A stretch of 64,000 nucleotides of DNA from Desulfomicrobium sp. Its GTDB lineage: Bacteria > Desulfobacterota > Desulfovibrionia > Desulfovibrionales > Desulfomicrobiaceae. A program made the position numbers and the translations under genes. The stretch is from NCBI GenBank assembly GCA_040768745.1, contig JAXGMI010000002.1, forward strand, positions 1 through 64,000. The letters are read 5' to 3'. Shown here in pieces: positions 15,845 through 27,624 of this stretch (the first letter of the stretch is position 1; each line of letters opens with the position of its first letter). The notes under the pieces are model-generated. The model saw only the letters and a program-made list of their open reading frames with translations. It was not told where the DNA came from and did not search any database.

Positions 15845-16801
15845 TTAAACAGTGAGGCCGGGAACTTGCCCGGCCTCGTTGGTGAGAGTGGTTGTTTCGT
15901 CCGGAAGGACGTCCTGCGGTTTGGGGCGTCCGTTCTTGAAGGCTGCGTCGCCGGGCATGTTGGCCATCAGATGCTTGCGGGCGGTCTTGAACTCGTCGCC
16001 GATCAGGCCGAGGTGGAGCAGGAAGACCCGGAAGTCGTACTTGGCGCTCTGGGGATCGAAGTCCCGCTTGCGGCTGGAGGCGGCCCGGCCGTTGAGCGCC
16101 TTGGCTGCGACGGCGAGGCAGAATTGCAGGTAAGCCTTGATCCGCCCCGCGTGAAGGGTCGCCTCGAACCAGCGGAACTCCACCGTGCCCCGGTACCAGA
16201 CGTTGTGCAGGTTGACCCCGTGATAGCGGCTGTTGTCGTAGTGCTGGGGCTGGCGGTTGTGGTAGCCGTACCAGATGCGGTTGAGCTGGTCCTTGGTGCG
16301 GGGTCGATGCTGTTCGATGCGCTGGATCAGCTCGTCGCTGACCGGCCGGGTGTAGCGGTTGAGCCGGTCGCGGCTGATGCCGAGGGCGTGGAGGATCAGC
16401 GGCTCCTGCTTGTAGATGATCTTGGCCAGGTTACCCAGGTGCCTGCCGTCGAAGGGCGCGGCGTCGATATGGATGTGGATGCCGCACTGGCTGTTGATCT
16501 TGCCTCCGGCGCGGCGGATGGCCCGGACCACCTCCTGCAGTTGCGGGATGTCGTCGTAGCCGAGCACCGGGCTGACCACCTCGGCCCGCAGATGGGCCGG
16601 GACGCTGGTCAGGGAGGCGTCCCCCACCACCTTCCAGACGCGGCCGCGCAGGTCCTCGACCTCCCAGGGGTCATAGCTGCTGGGGATGCCGACATGGCGG
16701 ACCGTGCCGCCCACCACCGAGTGGATGGCCCAGGCGATCTGTTCCCGGGTGCGTTTTACGGTCTCGATCTCGATCCCGTAGTGGATCTCTTTCAGGTTCA
16801 T
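15845..16801 (-). CDS. Putative amidoligase (Amidoligase_2 / COOH-NH2 ligase family)
   Basis: [44 protein letters not shown]. Confidence 0.85.
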   Translation of the reverse strand: MNLKEIHYGIEIETVKRTREQIAWAIHSVVGGTVRHVGIPSSYDPWEVEDLRGRVWKVVGDASLTSVPAHLRAEVVSPVLGYDDIPQLQEVVRAIRRAGGKINSQCGIHIHIDAAPFDGRHLGNLAKIIYKQEPLILHALGISRDRLNRYTRPVSDELIQRIEQHRPRTKDQLNRIWYGYHNRQPQHYDNSRYHGVNLHNVWYRGTVEFRWFEATLHAGRIKAYLQFCLAVAAKALNGRAASSRKRDFDPQSAKYDFRVFLLHLGLIGDEFKTARKHLMANMPGDAAFKNGRPKPQDVLPDETTTLTNEAGQVPGLTV

Positions 16802-16990
16802 GCGTGCCTCCGTCGTTCATGGCGCTTCTAAGTCGTTGTCTGGCAAGGCTTTTTAGCCTCCGCTTACACCATGAATGAATGCTTCTTTCCGGACACAAAT
16901 CAAGTAGAAGAACAGCCGAAGCCGACATTTAACACCTTTATTTTCAATGACTTGCGAACGTTTGGCCGGATTGGGCGGCGCACAGGCGGC

Positions 16991-17028
16991 AGAAACCCCG
17001 GAACGGGCTGGCCGTATCCGGGGTTTCT
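16991..17028. terminator. Long GC hairpin at the end of the structural operon
   Basis: agaaaccccggaacgg-gctgg-ccgtatccggggtttct inverted repeat. No strong U tract. Confidence 0.5.
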
Positions 17029-17052
17029 GGGTTGGCGGTGGCAGTGAGCCGG

Positions 17053-17310
17053 TCAGCCGGAGGCGGTATCAGAGGTGATCAGGCTGGCGTGCAGCTCGAG
17101 GTTGCGCGACTCGTCGGCCCGCATCCGCGCCAGCAGCGCCGTGAAGGCCTCCGCTTCGTCGGCCGGGAGCTTTGATGCCCGTTCCAGCCGCGCCAGGCGC
17201 TGGTGCAGATTCTCCAGCAGGCCCAGGGCGTGGTCGCGGATCAGGCCGTCGCGCTTCTCCTGCGGCGTGGGGATGAACTCGGTCAGGCCGCCTTTGCGTC
17301 GAACGATCAT
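17053..17310 (-). CDS. Hypothetical phage protein
   Basis: 85 aa, preceded by GGAGG, directly after the fibre gene. Confidence 0.6.
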   Translation of the reverse strand: MIVRRKGGLTEFIPTPQEKRDGLIRDHALGLLENLHQRLARLERASKLPADEAEAFTALLARMRADESRNLELHASLITSDTASG

Positions 17311-17322
17311 GGCCGTGCCTCC

Positions 17323-20300
17323 TTAGCTCAGGGTCGCGCCCAGCGAATGGATGCGCGGGTAGATCAGCGGCGTGCCGGTCATCTCGGCCTTGTAGCGGAC
17401 CTTGTTGCCGGTGTTGTCGGTGAAGGTGCGCACCAGGGTGTACTCGGTCCAGTTCTCGTCGATGGGCCGGGTCTCCTGGATGGTCATCGCCTCCCAGGTC
17501 AGGCCGCCGTCGTTGCTGGCGAACCATTGCAGGGTGGTGCCGCTGGGGATTTGCATCTGCACATAGGCCTTGGTCGATTCCACCCCCTGGGTCAGCTCGT
17601 TCTCGCGGGTCAGGTAGGCCCCGGTGGTCTTGTTGAGGTAGCCCACCAGGTTGACGTCGCGGAAGTTGATGGCCGGGGTGTCGTTGGAAAGCGAGCTGCT
17701 CAGGCGCACGCGGATCTGGACCCGGGTGGCGAGGTTGGGCAGCCGTTCCTCCTCGGCGGGAACCATGGCGTCCCAGGTCACGCCGCCGTCGGTGGAGTAT
17801 TCCCAGTCGAGGCCGGTGCCCTGGGGGATGGCCGAGTATTCGTCGAGGTTGATGTCGGAGAACTGCACGCCGGTGATCGGCTGGAAGCGGATCATCCCCT
17901 CGGACTGGAAGTTGTAGCCGTAGATCTTCATCGCCAGGTCGGAGCCGTTGAGCGGCGTCCAGGTTTCGGCGTTGGAGCTCTCCAGCAGCACGCCTTCCAT
18001 GTAGGTCTGGCGGGTGATGATGCCCCAGCGGCCCATCTTGCCGAGGGTGGCGGTGCGCACCTTGTAATTGGTGCTGTTGGTCAGCAGCACCACGGAATAG
18101 CTGGTGTTGGCCTCGGCGTAGAACGGGTCGTCGAAGCGAATGCGGGTCTCGCCGCTCAGGCTGATCTCGTTCGGGGCCAGCACCTTCTCGGCGAACACCA
18201 CGCCGTTGGGCAGACCGGTGGTGACGCCGCGAATCTGCACCGTGACCGGGATGCTCGGGTCCCTGGCGGTGAACTGCAGTCCGATGCTGGAGATCACCTG
18301 GTTTTGGGTGAAGCTGAAGGTCTGGGCCAGCGGGATCGCGGGGCACGAAGATGGTCTGGGTGCGCCAGACCACCTGCACCACGGGCACGCGGATGATGCG
18401 GTTCTCGATGATGCGCTCGATGCGGGTGATGACCAGCGGATCGTTGATCTGCAGGCTGGCCGGGCCGAGTAGACGCCGTCGGCCATCTCCACGATCCGGT
18501 TGCCGTTGCGGGCGTTGGTCGGAATGGTGAAGGAGGCGCTGACCCGACCGGCCTCGTCGCTGATCAGGTTGCTGGCCATCACCTGGCCGTCGCAGCGCAG
18601 CACGATGCCGGACTTGCTCGGGGTGAAGTTGATGCCGGTGACGGCAATGCCGGTCTGGCCGCGCCGCCCGAGGTTGGGCGTGATCTGCAGCATGGCCGGG
18701 GGTCTTGTCGAACACCGCGTAGGGGTTGATGTTGCGCTCCTCGGACCAGTCGTTCTGCTCCACCAGCACGGTCTCGTTGCCCGGCAGCAGCGCCAGGCTG
18801 CCGAAGAAGCTGGCGTTGCTGCCCGCCTGATCGACCGAGAGCACGGTGGAGTGCGGAATGCGGTCCGGCGCGACGAAGCGGGCGATCTCGTTGACCCGGG
18901 CGTCCCATTCGGCGTGGTAGATGTCCGACTGGGCGGTGTTCGAGAAGTCGTCCGAGTAGATGCCTTTCTTGGTCTGGGCGTCCCGGTTCTGCAGCTCGTT
19001 GTTCATCTGGTACTGGGCATCGTTGTACTTCAGGTCCTCGACGTCCTGAATGATGTCGTGGATCTGGTCCATGGTGATGCGGGTCAGGCCGAAGTTGCGG
19101 ATCTCCATGTCGGTGGAGTTGGGCGGGCAGTCGATGCTGCACAGCCCCAGGGCGTTTTCCGGCACGATGGGCAGCTTCGGAAAATCGGCAGGAGCCCCTT
19201 CCAGCCGTTTGATCTCGGTGGTGGTGGCGTAAACGATGTCGCGGCGGCCGAGGTAATAGTCGTAGTCCAGGCTGCAGTTGGAACCGTTCACCGGCTGGTC
19301 GCCGAGGCTGCCGCGCCCGAAGTTGATCACGTTGAGGTTGCCCAGTTCGAGCTGGACCGGCGACATGGTGAGTCCGGCCGTATTGGTGGCCGGAGGCGAA
19401 GCGGTGCCGATCTCCTCGACTCCGTCGTCGACGTAGGAGAGCGCCTCGCTGCCCAGTTCCATCAGTCGCTTGTAGTCGGTGCGTGCGCCGTTGGTGGCGG
19501 CCCGGTAGACGCGATAGCCGGTCGCGCCGCTGACCGGCAGCCAGGAGAGCTTGTTCATCTCCCCGGCGGTGGTGGCCCGGGCAACGACCGCAGCGGCGTT
19601 GAAGGCCGTCTCGCCGGTGGCGTTGTAGGCGGTCACCAGATAGAAATAGTTTCCGGCCGCCGGATGGTTGGCCTGTCCGAACCAGCCGCTGTCCACGTAG
19701 TCGGTGCCCTTGACCATCTGCTTGGTGTAGGTCCAGCGCACCGTGTAGGTGGTGCCGATGGCCGGTTCGTTGCCGGAGCCGAGCCAGTCGACATGGTTGC
19801 CCGACTGCTGCCAGTCCACGCCCTCTTGGAAGATGGTCGCTCCCTGGCTGACCTCGAGGATGTCCACGACGGGATTGGGGTCGAGCAGGTCTTCGCCGCC
19901 GCCCACCGAGCCGCGAGTGACGTTGCGGGTGATCTCGACGATGGCCTCCACCTGGGTCGTCTCCTTGAGCGGCGTGGAGTTGACCGGATAGCGGCGCTTG
20001 TTGATGTCGAAGGTCTTCTGCTCGCCGCGCACCGATTTGGTGGCGATGGATTTGGGCACCAGGGTCGAGGTGGGTAGATCGCGCTGATGGCGGAAGCCCT
20101 GGATGTAGGCGCGTCCGGCGTTGGTGATCGCCTCCACACTGTCGTCATCGACGCCGCCGATGAAGGTGTCGAAACCCCGCACCAGATAGCTTCCGGCCTG
20201 ATCGAAGGTGCGCTCGGCCAGGTTCTGAATCAGGGAATTGAGCCCCTCGGCGGCGGCGAAGGAAAGCTGGTCCTCGGTGATCGAGGAGACGGTGATCCGG

Positions 20301-20872
20301 CTGCCCGGCAGCGTGCCCAGCAGATCCCGCAGGTAGAGGTTGGACTTCTCCTGCACCGTGGGCGTGACGTCGCCGCTCTCGCGGTCGAACTTGTAGATCG
20401 GGATCACCCGGCGCTCGGCCACGTTGTTGGGCAGCGTCTGGCCGCTGGTATCCGTCGCCTTGAGAGAGAGAACCCATTTTTCCCGCTCTGCGGTGGGCTC
20501 GCCGGTGGCCGGATTGATCAGGGCCGGGTCCTGGGTGTAGCCGTAGTTGTACTTCAGCAGCTCCACGTAAACGTAATCGGCCCCGCTGGTGGTGGCCGGG
20601 TCATAGGTCAGGGTCGCGCCGCTCACCTGTTCCAGATGGCCGTCGATGTAGACCACGCCCGGGGCCAGGGTCAGGACGTTGGCGGCCGCGCTGACCTCGA
20701 GGCCCATGATGATGGAGCCTTCCTTGAACAGGATGTCGGCGATCTTGCGCCGCTCAGAGGTTGATGATGTCCTGCTGCTCGTTGAGTTCGAATCCAGCAG
20801 GTCGCGATCCTGATGGTAACGGATGCGCTTGTAGTTCTTGGTCGGGTCGAATGTCTCGCGTGAGATGCTCAT
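17323..20872 (-). CDS. Large virion structural / tail-fibre-baseplate protein (DUF4815-like), frameshifted
   Basis: FDPTKNYKRIRY...ELNEQQDI, AGRAYIQG, KKGIYSDDFS, NPYAVF, PLAQTF. Pieced from ORFs 17069-20872 and 17323-18693. Confidence 0.7.
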
Positions 20873-20887
20873 GTTTGAATCCTCCAG

Positions 20888-21420
20888 TTAGATCTTGATG
20901 ATCCCGACCAGCTCCACGCGGGTGTCGGAAATCTTGTTGAAGTCGGGAATGTTCTTCACCTCGTACAGGTAGCCCGGGCGCAGCACCTCGCCGGTCGGGT
21001 TGGTGTCCTGATGGAACACGCCGCCCATGGCGAGATCCCGGTGACGCTTTGCACGTACTGCACGTCGCCGCCGAAGAAGCCGTATTCGCGGATGGTGATG
21101 CCGTTGGCCTCGGCCTCGTCGAAGCGGAAGAAGACGCCGATGGTGTTGGTCTCCTCGCCGGTTTCCAGGTAGCGCACGCCGTTGACCAGGAGCGCCCCTT
21201 CGGCGTCCTCCTTGAGGAAGGTCCGCTTGTAGTAGCGCTTGCGGGCGCGTTCGTTTTTGAGCCCGGTCTGGCCGATATCCGGCGCGGGCGGATTTTGCGG
21301 ATCGGTGAAGCTGGCATCCCCGTCGCCGATGGCGCAGTGGGTGATGCCGTCCACGGCCTGGCCGAGGAGGAGTTTGGCCGTCAGTATCCGGCCGGTTTTG
21401 ACGATGAGTCCCAGTGCCAT
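20888..21420 (-). CDS. Phage tail/baseplate-associated protein (tail-collar-like)
   Basis: ITHCAIGDG...LKNERARK...FDEAEANGITIREYGFFGG. One frameshift. Confidence 0.6.
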
Positions 21421-21432
21421 TGCTGTTCTCCT

Positions 21433-22013
21433 TTAGGTCTGAATTTCGTGGTCTTGATCGATGAGCACCGCGAACAGGATCTGGCGCGTGTCGGCCAGCA
21501 GCCCGGCCGGGATCGCGATGCGCTGAACGGTGTCGGATCGGCTGATGTGTGCGCCGGATGTCCGGACGCTGGTGTCGATGCTCCGCAGCCAGGGGCGCGT
21601 CACCCGCACCGCCGTGTCGGCATCGACGCCCAGACGTCCATGGATGATGAGCCACAGGTCGGTGTTCCGGTTCAGGTGGTTGTTCACGCGAAGCGCGAGG
21701 TCGGACCGACGTTCGAGCCGATGGGCGACCCGTACTGCGCTGTCGGCCCGGACCATCACCGTGCGCCTAGCCGGTGCCCCGGAAAACAGCTCGAAGAGCG
21801 CTCCGGGTTGCGCCGCGCCGATGGCGAGCAGTTCCGGCCGCCGGATGCCTCTGCGGGTGGTGATGGATGCCAGTTGTCCCTTATGCACGGCCACGGCGAA
21901 TCCTCCCGCAGAGCTTGAGAGCCTGGCCACGGTTCATGGACAGGAGCGTTTCCGGGCGTCGCTGGCCGGTGATCGTGGTGACGAATTTGAGCTTTCCGCT
22001 ATGCGTTGCCATG
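21433..22013 (-). CDS. Hypothetical phage tail-region protein
   Basis: ORF 21433-21930 plus an upstream frameshifted start at about 22013. Confidence 0.45.
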
Positions 22014-22016
22014 GCG

Positions 22017-23006
22017 TTACTCCTTCACCGCGCACCAGCCGCCGGTGGTCAGGTTGAACACGCGGTAGCTGTCCGTTCCGATCTGAATGGTGTCTTCCGA
22101 GGCGACGTTGCCGCCGCCCACGGCGAAGATCTCGATGAGTTCGCCGCGCAGTTCCTGGTAGGCGGCGGAGCCGGACATCGAGGCGAGCCAGGGAAAGAGG
22201 ATGGTGGTGCCGTAGCGCATCTCCGGATCGGTTTCGCCCTGGAGCCCGCCATTTGCCGCACCGCAGCGACCCTGCTGGCCGGACGCGGAAGTCCAGCCGT
22301 CGAACTTGTTCACGGCGTAGAAGGTGCCCGGCGCGTTGTAGTAGCTGTTGACGACCGGCTGCGGGTCCTCGCCGATCTTGGCTCCCGAGGCGTAATCCCG
22401 AACGAGGGTCTCGACGGTGATGGTGTTCGGCGTGACGGCGGTGTCGATGGCGCTCACCCGCACGCGTTCGATGCCAGCATCGTCCTTGATCACATAGTCC
22501 TGTCCGGGCGTGACCACGGTGGCGTCGTTGACCTGAAGCACCACGCCGCTTCCGGCGGTGACCGCCGCCTGCGTGAGCGCGACGGCCCCGGACCAGAACC
22601 GTTTCAGCAATCCGCTGTAGTGGCCGTAGTAGGTGGAGACGAGCTTGGTCACCACGAAGACGTGGTCCAGGTCGGCGAACAGCCAGAAGATGAAGTCGGC
22701 GCTGTCCTCCACCCGCAGGTAGGTGTAACTGGTGTGCGAAGCCTCGTTGACGCCGGTGTGGGTGGCCGCGTCCCAATACTGGAATGCAGCGACGTGAATC
22801 CGCCCGGAGGTGGTGCTGATACGGAACTGCAGATAGACGTCCTCGGCTCCGGATTCCCCGTGAGACTTGAAGACGAAATACGGCTGCGGGTCGGCCGACT
22901 GGTCGTCGTGCAGGGTCCATCCGGTGGTGGTCACCAGAAAGGTCCGCAGTTGATTGAGCAGGTCGAGCCGACCGTGGGCGAGTCCTTGAATGCTGTGGTA
23001 TGCCAT
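22017..23006 (-). CDS. Hypothetical virion protein
   Basis: 329 aa beta-rich ORF with SD GGAGG, co-oriented in the tail operon. Confidence 0.6.
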   Translation of the reverse strand: MAYHSIQGLAHGRLDLLNQLRTFLVTTTGWTLHDDQSADPQPYFVFKSHGESGAEDVYLQFRISTTSGRIHVAAFQYWDAATHTGVNEASHTSYTYLRVEDSADFIFWLFADLDHVFVVTKLVSTYYGHYSGLLKRFWSGAVALTQAAVTAGSGVVLQVNDATVVTPGQDYVIKDDAGIERVRVSAIDTAVTPNTITVETLVRDYASGAKIGEDPQPVVNSYYNAPGTFYAVNKFDGWTSASGQQGRCGAANGGLQGETDPEMRYGTTILFPWLASMSGSAAYQELRGELIEIFAVGGGNVASEDTIQIGTDSYRVFNLTTGGWCAVKE

Positions 23007-23016
23007 GGCGGCCTCC

Positions 23017-23610
23017 TTAGAGAATCGGGTTTTCCGTGCCGGTCAGGCGCAGCTTGATGTCGAGTTTGTTTTGCACCGGGGTGCCCGGGAGCACGGTGCA
23101 GCGCCGCCAGAAGGACAGCGTCTGCTGAAATGCCTTGTCGCCGAGATTGAGCGGTGCGCCCTGGGTGGCGGTGTCGAGTTCCGCCTGGGTCAGAGCCAGG
23201 CGGTACCAGACCGATTCGTCGGTGCCGGTTTCGTCGATGGGATCGAGCACCAGCCCGGTGTAGTCGTAGCCGGAATAGACGGTCGTTCCGGCGTCGTGCG
23301 CGGCCGGAGCGGTGTTGGCAACGCCCCGCTGCACGGTGAGATTGGCGGTGCCGCCGCCGCTTTCGATGAGCATCTGCTCGCCGTCGATAATGATGAGTTC
23401 GCCGTCGGCAAAGCGCGGTTCGGCCAGGACGATGGAGGTCTGCGCCGCGTCGATGGCCGAGGGGAGGCTCGTCTGCTCGTTGGCGACGTAGAGTTGCCGA
23501 TCCTTGATGTCGCCATCGGTGCCGTTGTAGCTCTCGGCCTCGGGGCTGCTGAAATCCCCCTCGGAAATCTGCTGAGTCAGCGCTTCGTCAAGATAGAGGT
23601 GAATCGCCAT
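23017..23610 (-). CDS. Hypothetical virion protein
   Basis: 197 aa containing IDGEQM...LTVQRGVANT.PAAH.AGT, a motif common in phage structural proteins. Confidence 0.6.
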   Translation of the reverse strand: MAIHLYLDEALTQQISEGDFSSPEAESYNGTDGDIKDRQLYVANEQTSLPSAIDAAQTSIVLAEPRFADGELIIIDGEQMLIESGGGTANLTVQRGVANTAPAAHDAGTTVYSGYDYTGLVLDPIDETGTDESVWYRLALTQAELDTATQGAPLNLGDKAFQQTLSFWRRCTVLPGTPVQNKLDIKLRLTGTENPIL

Positions 23611-23620
23611 GGGTTCTCCT

Positions 23621-25197
23621 TCAGGTGGGCCACTGGGTGGCGCGATAGTTGTTGGTGGCGGCCTCGAACCCGGCCTGCGTCGGCGCGTGCAGATCCTGCT
23701 GACGGAACAGCCAGCGATAGGAAGGCCGCGACCAGCGGAATCCAGCCTGGTTGAGGCGCATGCGGCTGACGCGCAGGGGTCGGGTCCGATCCACGGAGAG
23801 GCGCAGGCCGGTGGTGTTGAGCGGGCTCGCGCCCAGCTTCATGGTCTCGACCCGATGGCGCTGGAGAGAGCCCGTGTCCACGTAGACTTCAAGCGAGGCC
23901 CGTTCGCCGGTCAGATTCGCATTGCTCAGATACCGGGTGTTCAGGGTGTTCGCGTTGAGCCGGAACACAGGCCCTCTCCGCCGCCATCGGTCGATCCGGT
24001 CGACGGCCAGGGTGACGTCCGCGTCGCAGCCAGCGGTGGAGGCGAGCAGCAGATTGCTGATGCCGCCCTGGTTGGCGGTGAGATCGAGACCTTCGTTGAG
24101 CCTGGCGCGGCCAAGCTGGAAGCAGAGGCGGTGCCGGGATTCCAGGGCAGGCGCAGGTCGTACTTGGCCTCAGCCCGCTCGACCGGTTCCGCCTGCGTGT
24201 CGAAAAAGAAATCCTTCTGCCGGAAGCAGTAGCGCAGCGCGGTCTCGCCATGGGTCAGCGGCTTGCGGTTGAGATGGCTCTCGCCCAGCCCGAAGCCGCT
24301 TTCCAGCACATCCCCTTCGAAGTCGCGGCCGGTGTAGATGGGCGTGCAGAAGGAAACCCGATCCTCGCCGACACGGGTGTACGGCAGCCGCCAGTCGTTG
24401 AGGGCCTTGTGGTTCAGGCGCATCCGGTTCTGGCGGCCGTGAAAACGGGAGACCTTCACGGCGGCCCGGTCGATCTCCGGGATCATCTCCGTGGTGCTGG
24501 TGAGCTGCAGCAGCTCCCAGGCCCTCTGCTTGTTGGTCAGGTGACGACAGGAACCGAGCGAGGAACGTCCGAGGACAAAGGTTTCGTCGAGAAACGCCAG
24601 CACGATCCGGCGCACGTCGTTGGCATGCCCGAAGTCGAGCATCGCGCCGCCTTCGATCCATTCCAGGAGGAACTGGAGCCAGAAACAGCGCGTGCCCGCC
24701 GGGTGGTGAAATACCAGAGCGTCGCGCAGCCCCTCCGTCTGGTTGAGACACAGCACGCGAAACACGCCGAGGCTGAACACCAGCCCGGGTAGCTTGGCGC
24801 TGCTGAGACTGGAACGGGCATTGAGACGCAGAGCCGAGCGGAAGGTTTCCTGGAGTTCCCCCTGCCAACCAAGCGCGTTAAAGTCGCGTTCGATGGCCGG
24901 AATGGTGCCCTTGCGGCGATAGATTTCGACCGCCTCCCGCACACGGCGGCGCTGGCAGTCTGGCGAACAGGTGCCGTCCACCTCGAGACCAACGAGCCTC
25001 GCCAGCAGCGGCAGGAAGCGCTCGTCGCAATGATCCACATCGAAGATGGTCGGGAAGTCGTCGATGGCCAGCTTGAGTTCGTCGAGCGTTCCGGCGGGAA
25101 GGCTCAGAAAGGTGCGCAGGTCACCGGCCTCGTCATTGTGCTCGTAAAGCGGCGGCAGCAGGCCGAGCAGATTGTCCTTGAACCAATCCGACATCAA
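23621..25197 (-). CDS. Phage tail protein (P2 gpI-like baseplate wedge), frameshifted
   Basis: LLPPLY...DVDHCDERFLPLLARLVG...YRRKGT. Follows baseplate J. Confidence 0.7.
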
Positions 25198-26603
25198 CCG
25201 GCCCTCCGCAGATCGAGGTTGACGCTGCCGAGAACCGGAATTTCGCCGTGGCGCAGCTCAATGTCCTGCTGCGGCGCGTAGAGATGCATGTGGCTGACGC
25301 CGCGCACGCCATCGATCAGCGCCACCAGGTCGGAGAAGTGAATGGTCTGCCCGAAGGAGACCCGGTCGAAGGAAAAGAAATCGGTGAGCGAGGCTTCGAT
25401 GCGGCTACGCACGTTTTCCAGCGGTTCACCGGGCCAGACGTAGACCTCGGCGTCGATGGAAACGGGCCGGTAGATCGGGTCGAACAGGTTGATCTCGACC
25501 GTGATGACCTTGCGGCGTTCGAGAAACTCCGCGAGGTCCCGCTTGAGCAGCGCCGAGGGCATGCCGCCGCCATTGGGGGCGATGGCCAGTTGGACGTTGT
25601 AATAGCGGATGTTCTGACAGGCATTGGTGTCGAGCACCTTGGCCTTGGCGACGCCGGGGTAACCTTCGGCGAGCGCCTGGTAATCCTCCAGGGTGACGGC
25701 CTTCCAGAGACTGCGCAGCTCCGCCGGTGCCTGTCGGCGGGCGTGTTCGAGGGCTTCCCGCGAAGCGCCGCCGGTGGCGGGAACCGGGTTGGTGACGGTC
25801 AGGGAAACCTGGCCGCCGTCGAGGTAGACCGGGCTCAGCAGTTGGGTGATCCGGTTCGGGCCGAGATTGCCCTGGTCTCCGATGGTCTGCAGATAGCTGA
25901 CGGTGATGGCGCTTCCCTGAGTGGGTACAGCGCCGCTTTGCCCGTCGCCGAAAATCAGGGTAGAGATGTCGAGGGCGTCCAGGTCGGCCATGAAATGACG
26001 GCTGTCGGCCAGGCTGTCCTGGAAATGATCGACCTCGCTCCAGGCGTCGTCCCCCACCGTAACGGTGATGGTGCCCTGGGCGATGACGTCGCCGGTCAGG
26101 CGGATGCGCTGGAATGGCAGCCCCGTGGAAGTGAAGGTCTCGGTGCGACGCACGCCTTGGCGGGCCGGGATGTCCACCGAGAGCACGCCTCGCGGGATCA
26201 GACCGTCCTCGACCGTCTCGAAATCCGCCTCGCCGTCATTCAGTAAGGCGCGGCAGGCCGTTCCCGCCGGAATGGTCAGATCCTTGCCGAGCGGGGCGGA
26301 GAGCCGGAAGCGCAGCGTGGTGGTGGAGGCCACCGGCGAGATCCAGCCGGTAGCCGATGAGCTTGCAGAGGTTGATGACGTTCTGGCGCTGGCGGGCCGT
26401 GGGCAGAAAGCCTCCGCCGCCTGGGCGTCCAGGTAGTAGGCCAGCATGTCGCCCACGCCGCAGAACAGATCGAGCAGGACGACGCCGAGATCGGAGTGGT
26501 TGAAATCGGTCCAGCGGTCGGTGAGCTGCGGGATCTTCGCCAGCAGCTCCTGGCGGATCGATTCGTAATCCTTGTTGATGTATCCGATGCTTGCGCGGCC
26601 CAT
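25194..26603 (-). CDS. Baseplate J/gp47-like protein
   Basis: KDYESIRQELL...WTDFNHSDLG, FGDGQSGAVP, NPVPATGG, KAVTLEDY. Confidence 0.85.
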   Translation of the reverse strand: MGRASIGYINKDYESIRQELLAKIPQLTDRWTDFNHSDLGVVLLDLFCGVGDMLAYYLDAQAAEAFCPRPASARTSSTSASSSATGWISPVASTTTLRFRLSAPLGKDLTIPAGTACRALLNDGEADFETVEDGLIPRGVLSVDIPARQGVRRTETFTSTGLPFQRIRLTGDVIAQGTITVTVGDDAWSEVDHFQDSLADSRHFMADLDALDISTLIFGDGQSGAVPTQGSAITVSYLQTIGDQGNLGPNRITQLLSPVYLDGGQVSLTVTNPVPATGGASREALEHARRQAPAELRSLWKAVTLEDYQALAEGYPGVAKAKVLDTNACQNIRYYNVQLAIAPNGGGMPSALLKRDLAEFLERRKVITVEINLFDPIYRPVSIDAEVYVWPGEPLENVRSRIEASLTDFFSFDRVSFGQTIHFSDLVALIDGVRGVSHMHLYAPQQDIELRHGEIPVLGSVNLDLRRAG

Positions 26604-26659
26604 GGTCTCTCCGGTTTTCGGCGGTTATGCGAGAGCGCCTGATGCTCTCGCCACGCCGG

Positions 26660-26690
26660 TTACTTACCGGAAGGGCCTGGATGTGTCGGA
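26660..26690 (-). promoter_or_regulatory. Conserved bipartite late-promoter-like motif (WCCGACA-N13-TCCGGTAAGTAA on - strand)
   Basis: ttacttaccgga...tgtcgga upstream of baseplate J (spacer 12 here). One of 8 copies. Confidence 0.7.
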
Positions 26691-26701
26691 GGCGGGATGC
26701 C

Positions 26702-27624
26702 TCAGAGCGGGCCGCGCAGTTGCCAGACGGGATTGGGCTGCCCGGAGGTGTTGTTGAGGTAGTGGGATTCCTTCTTGCCCTCGAAATAGAACAGACCGAT
26801 GCGGCCCGGCTCCAACGTGGTGATCCGGTGAACGGTGCCAGCGGCGTTGTCTTCCGCCTGGCTCTGGGTGTCGAAGCCCAGACCGCTCGCGGCCAGATAG
26901 AGGGCGTGCTCGGCCTGGGGCGCTTCGGTTTCTGGCGCTCCCTCGAATGTCAGGTAATGGCCGTGATTGTCACCCGGATCGCTGACGATCCACTTGCCGT
27001 TGCGGTCCTGAAAGGCTCCCTCGATGTAGGCGACTTCGTATTCCCCGGCTGGCCAGATGAAGGAATCGTCCGGATCGGGGCTCATCTCGGCCGCGTCGAA
27101 CCAGAGCAGATTGAACAGCGAGCGCACGTCCGGCGACAGGCGCACGCTGCGCACCGGCGGCGGTTCCGGCTCGGGTTCCGGCTGGGGATAGCTGGGCGCG
27201 GGATTGTTCGGGTCTTCTGAACTCTGTAGAAGGGATAGACCAGGTTGCCGTCCACCTGGCTCTGGATCACCCGGTAGGCGATATGCACCAGCAGCAGGTT
27301 GCCGTCGATGTTCAGCGGCCGGTCGTCGAAGCGCACCTCCGTGATGATCACCCGCTTTTCCCAGCGCTTGATGGCGTCGATCACGTAATGGCGCAGCAGG
27401 CCCTTGAGCACCTCGTCGTTCTGTTCGAACACCAGATCCTTCAGCCTGGAGCCGAACTCCGGATTCATGAACCGTTCGCCGATCCGGGTGCCGAGGATCT
27501 GCAGGATGCTTTCGCGGATATGCTCGTGCTCCCGCGAGGTGGCGGTCGAGATCTGGGTGCCGCCGGATACCGACTGAAACCGGAACGGGTAACGCAGCCC
27601 CTTGCCGAGAAAGTCGTAGCTCAT
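26702..27624 (-). CDS. GPW/gp25 baseplate wedge protein with C-terminal extension (frameshift near 27225)
   Basis: FLGKGLRYPF...IRESILQILGTRIGERFMNPEFGSRL...WEKRV...NLVYPFY, then a PEPEP linker and a further domain. Confidence 0.75.

Noticed and set aside
16835..16847. TTGTCTGGCAAGG shared with 60969-60981 as possible att ends
   Set aside because: Only 13 bp, and it would not delimit a coherent element (primase excluded). It may be a protein-binding palindrome but the evidence is too thin.
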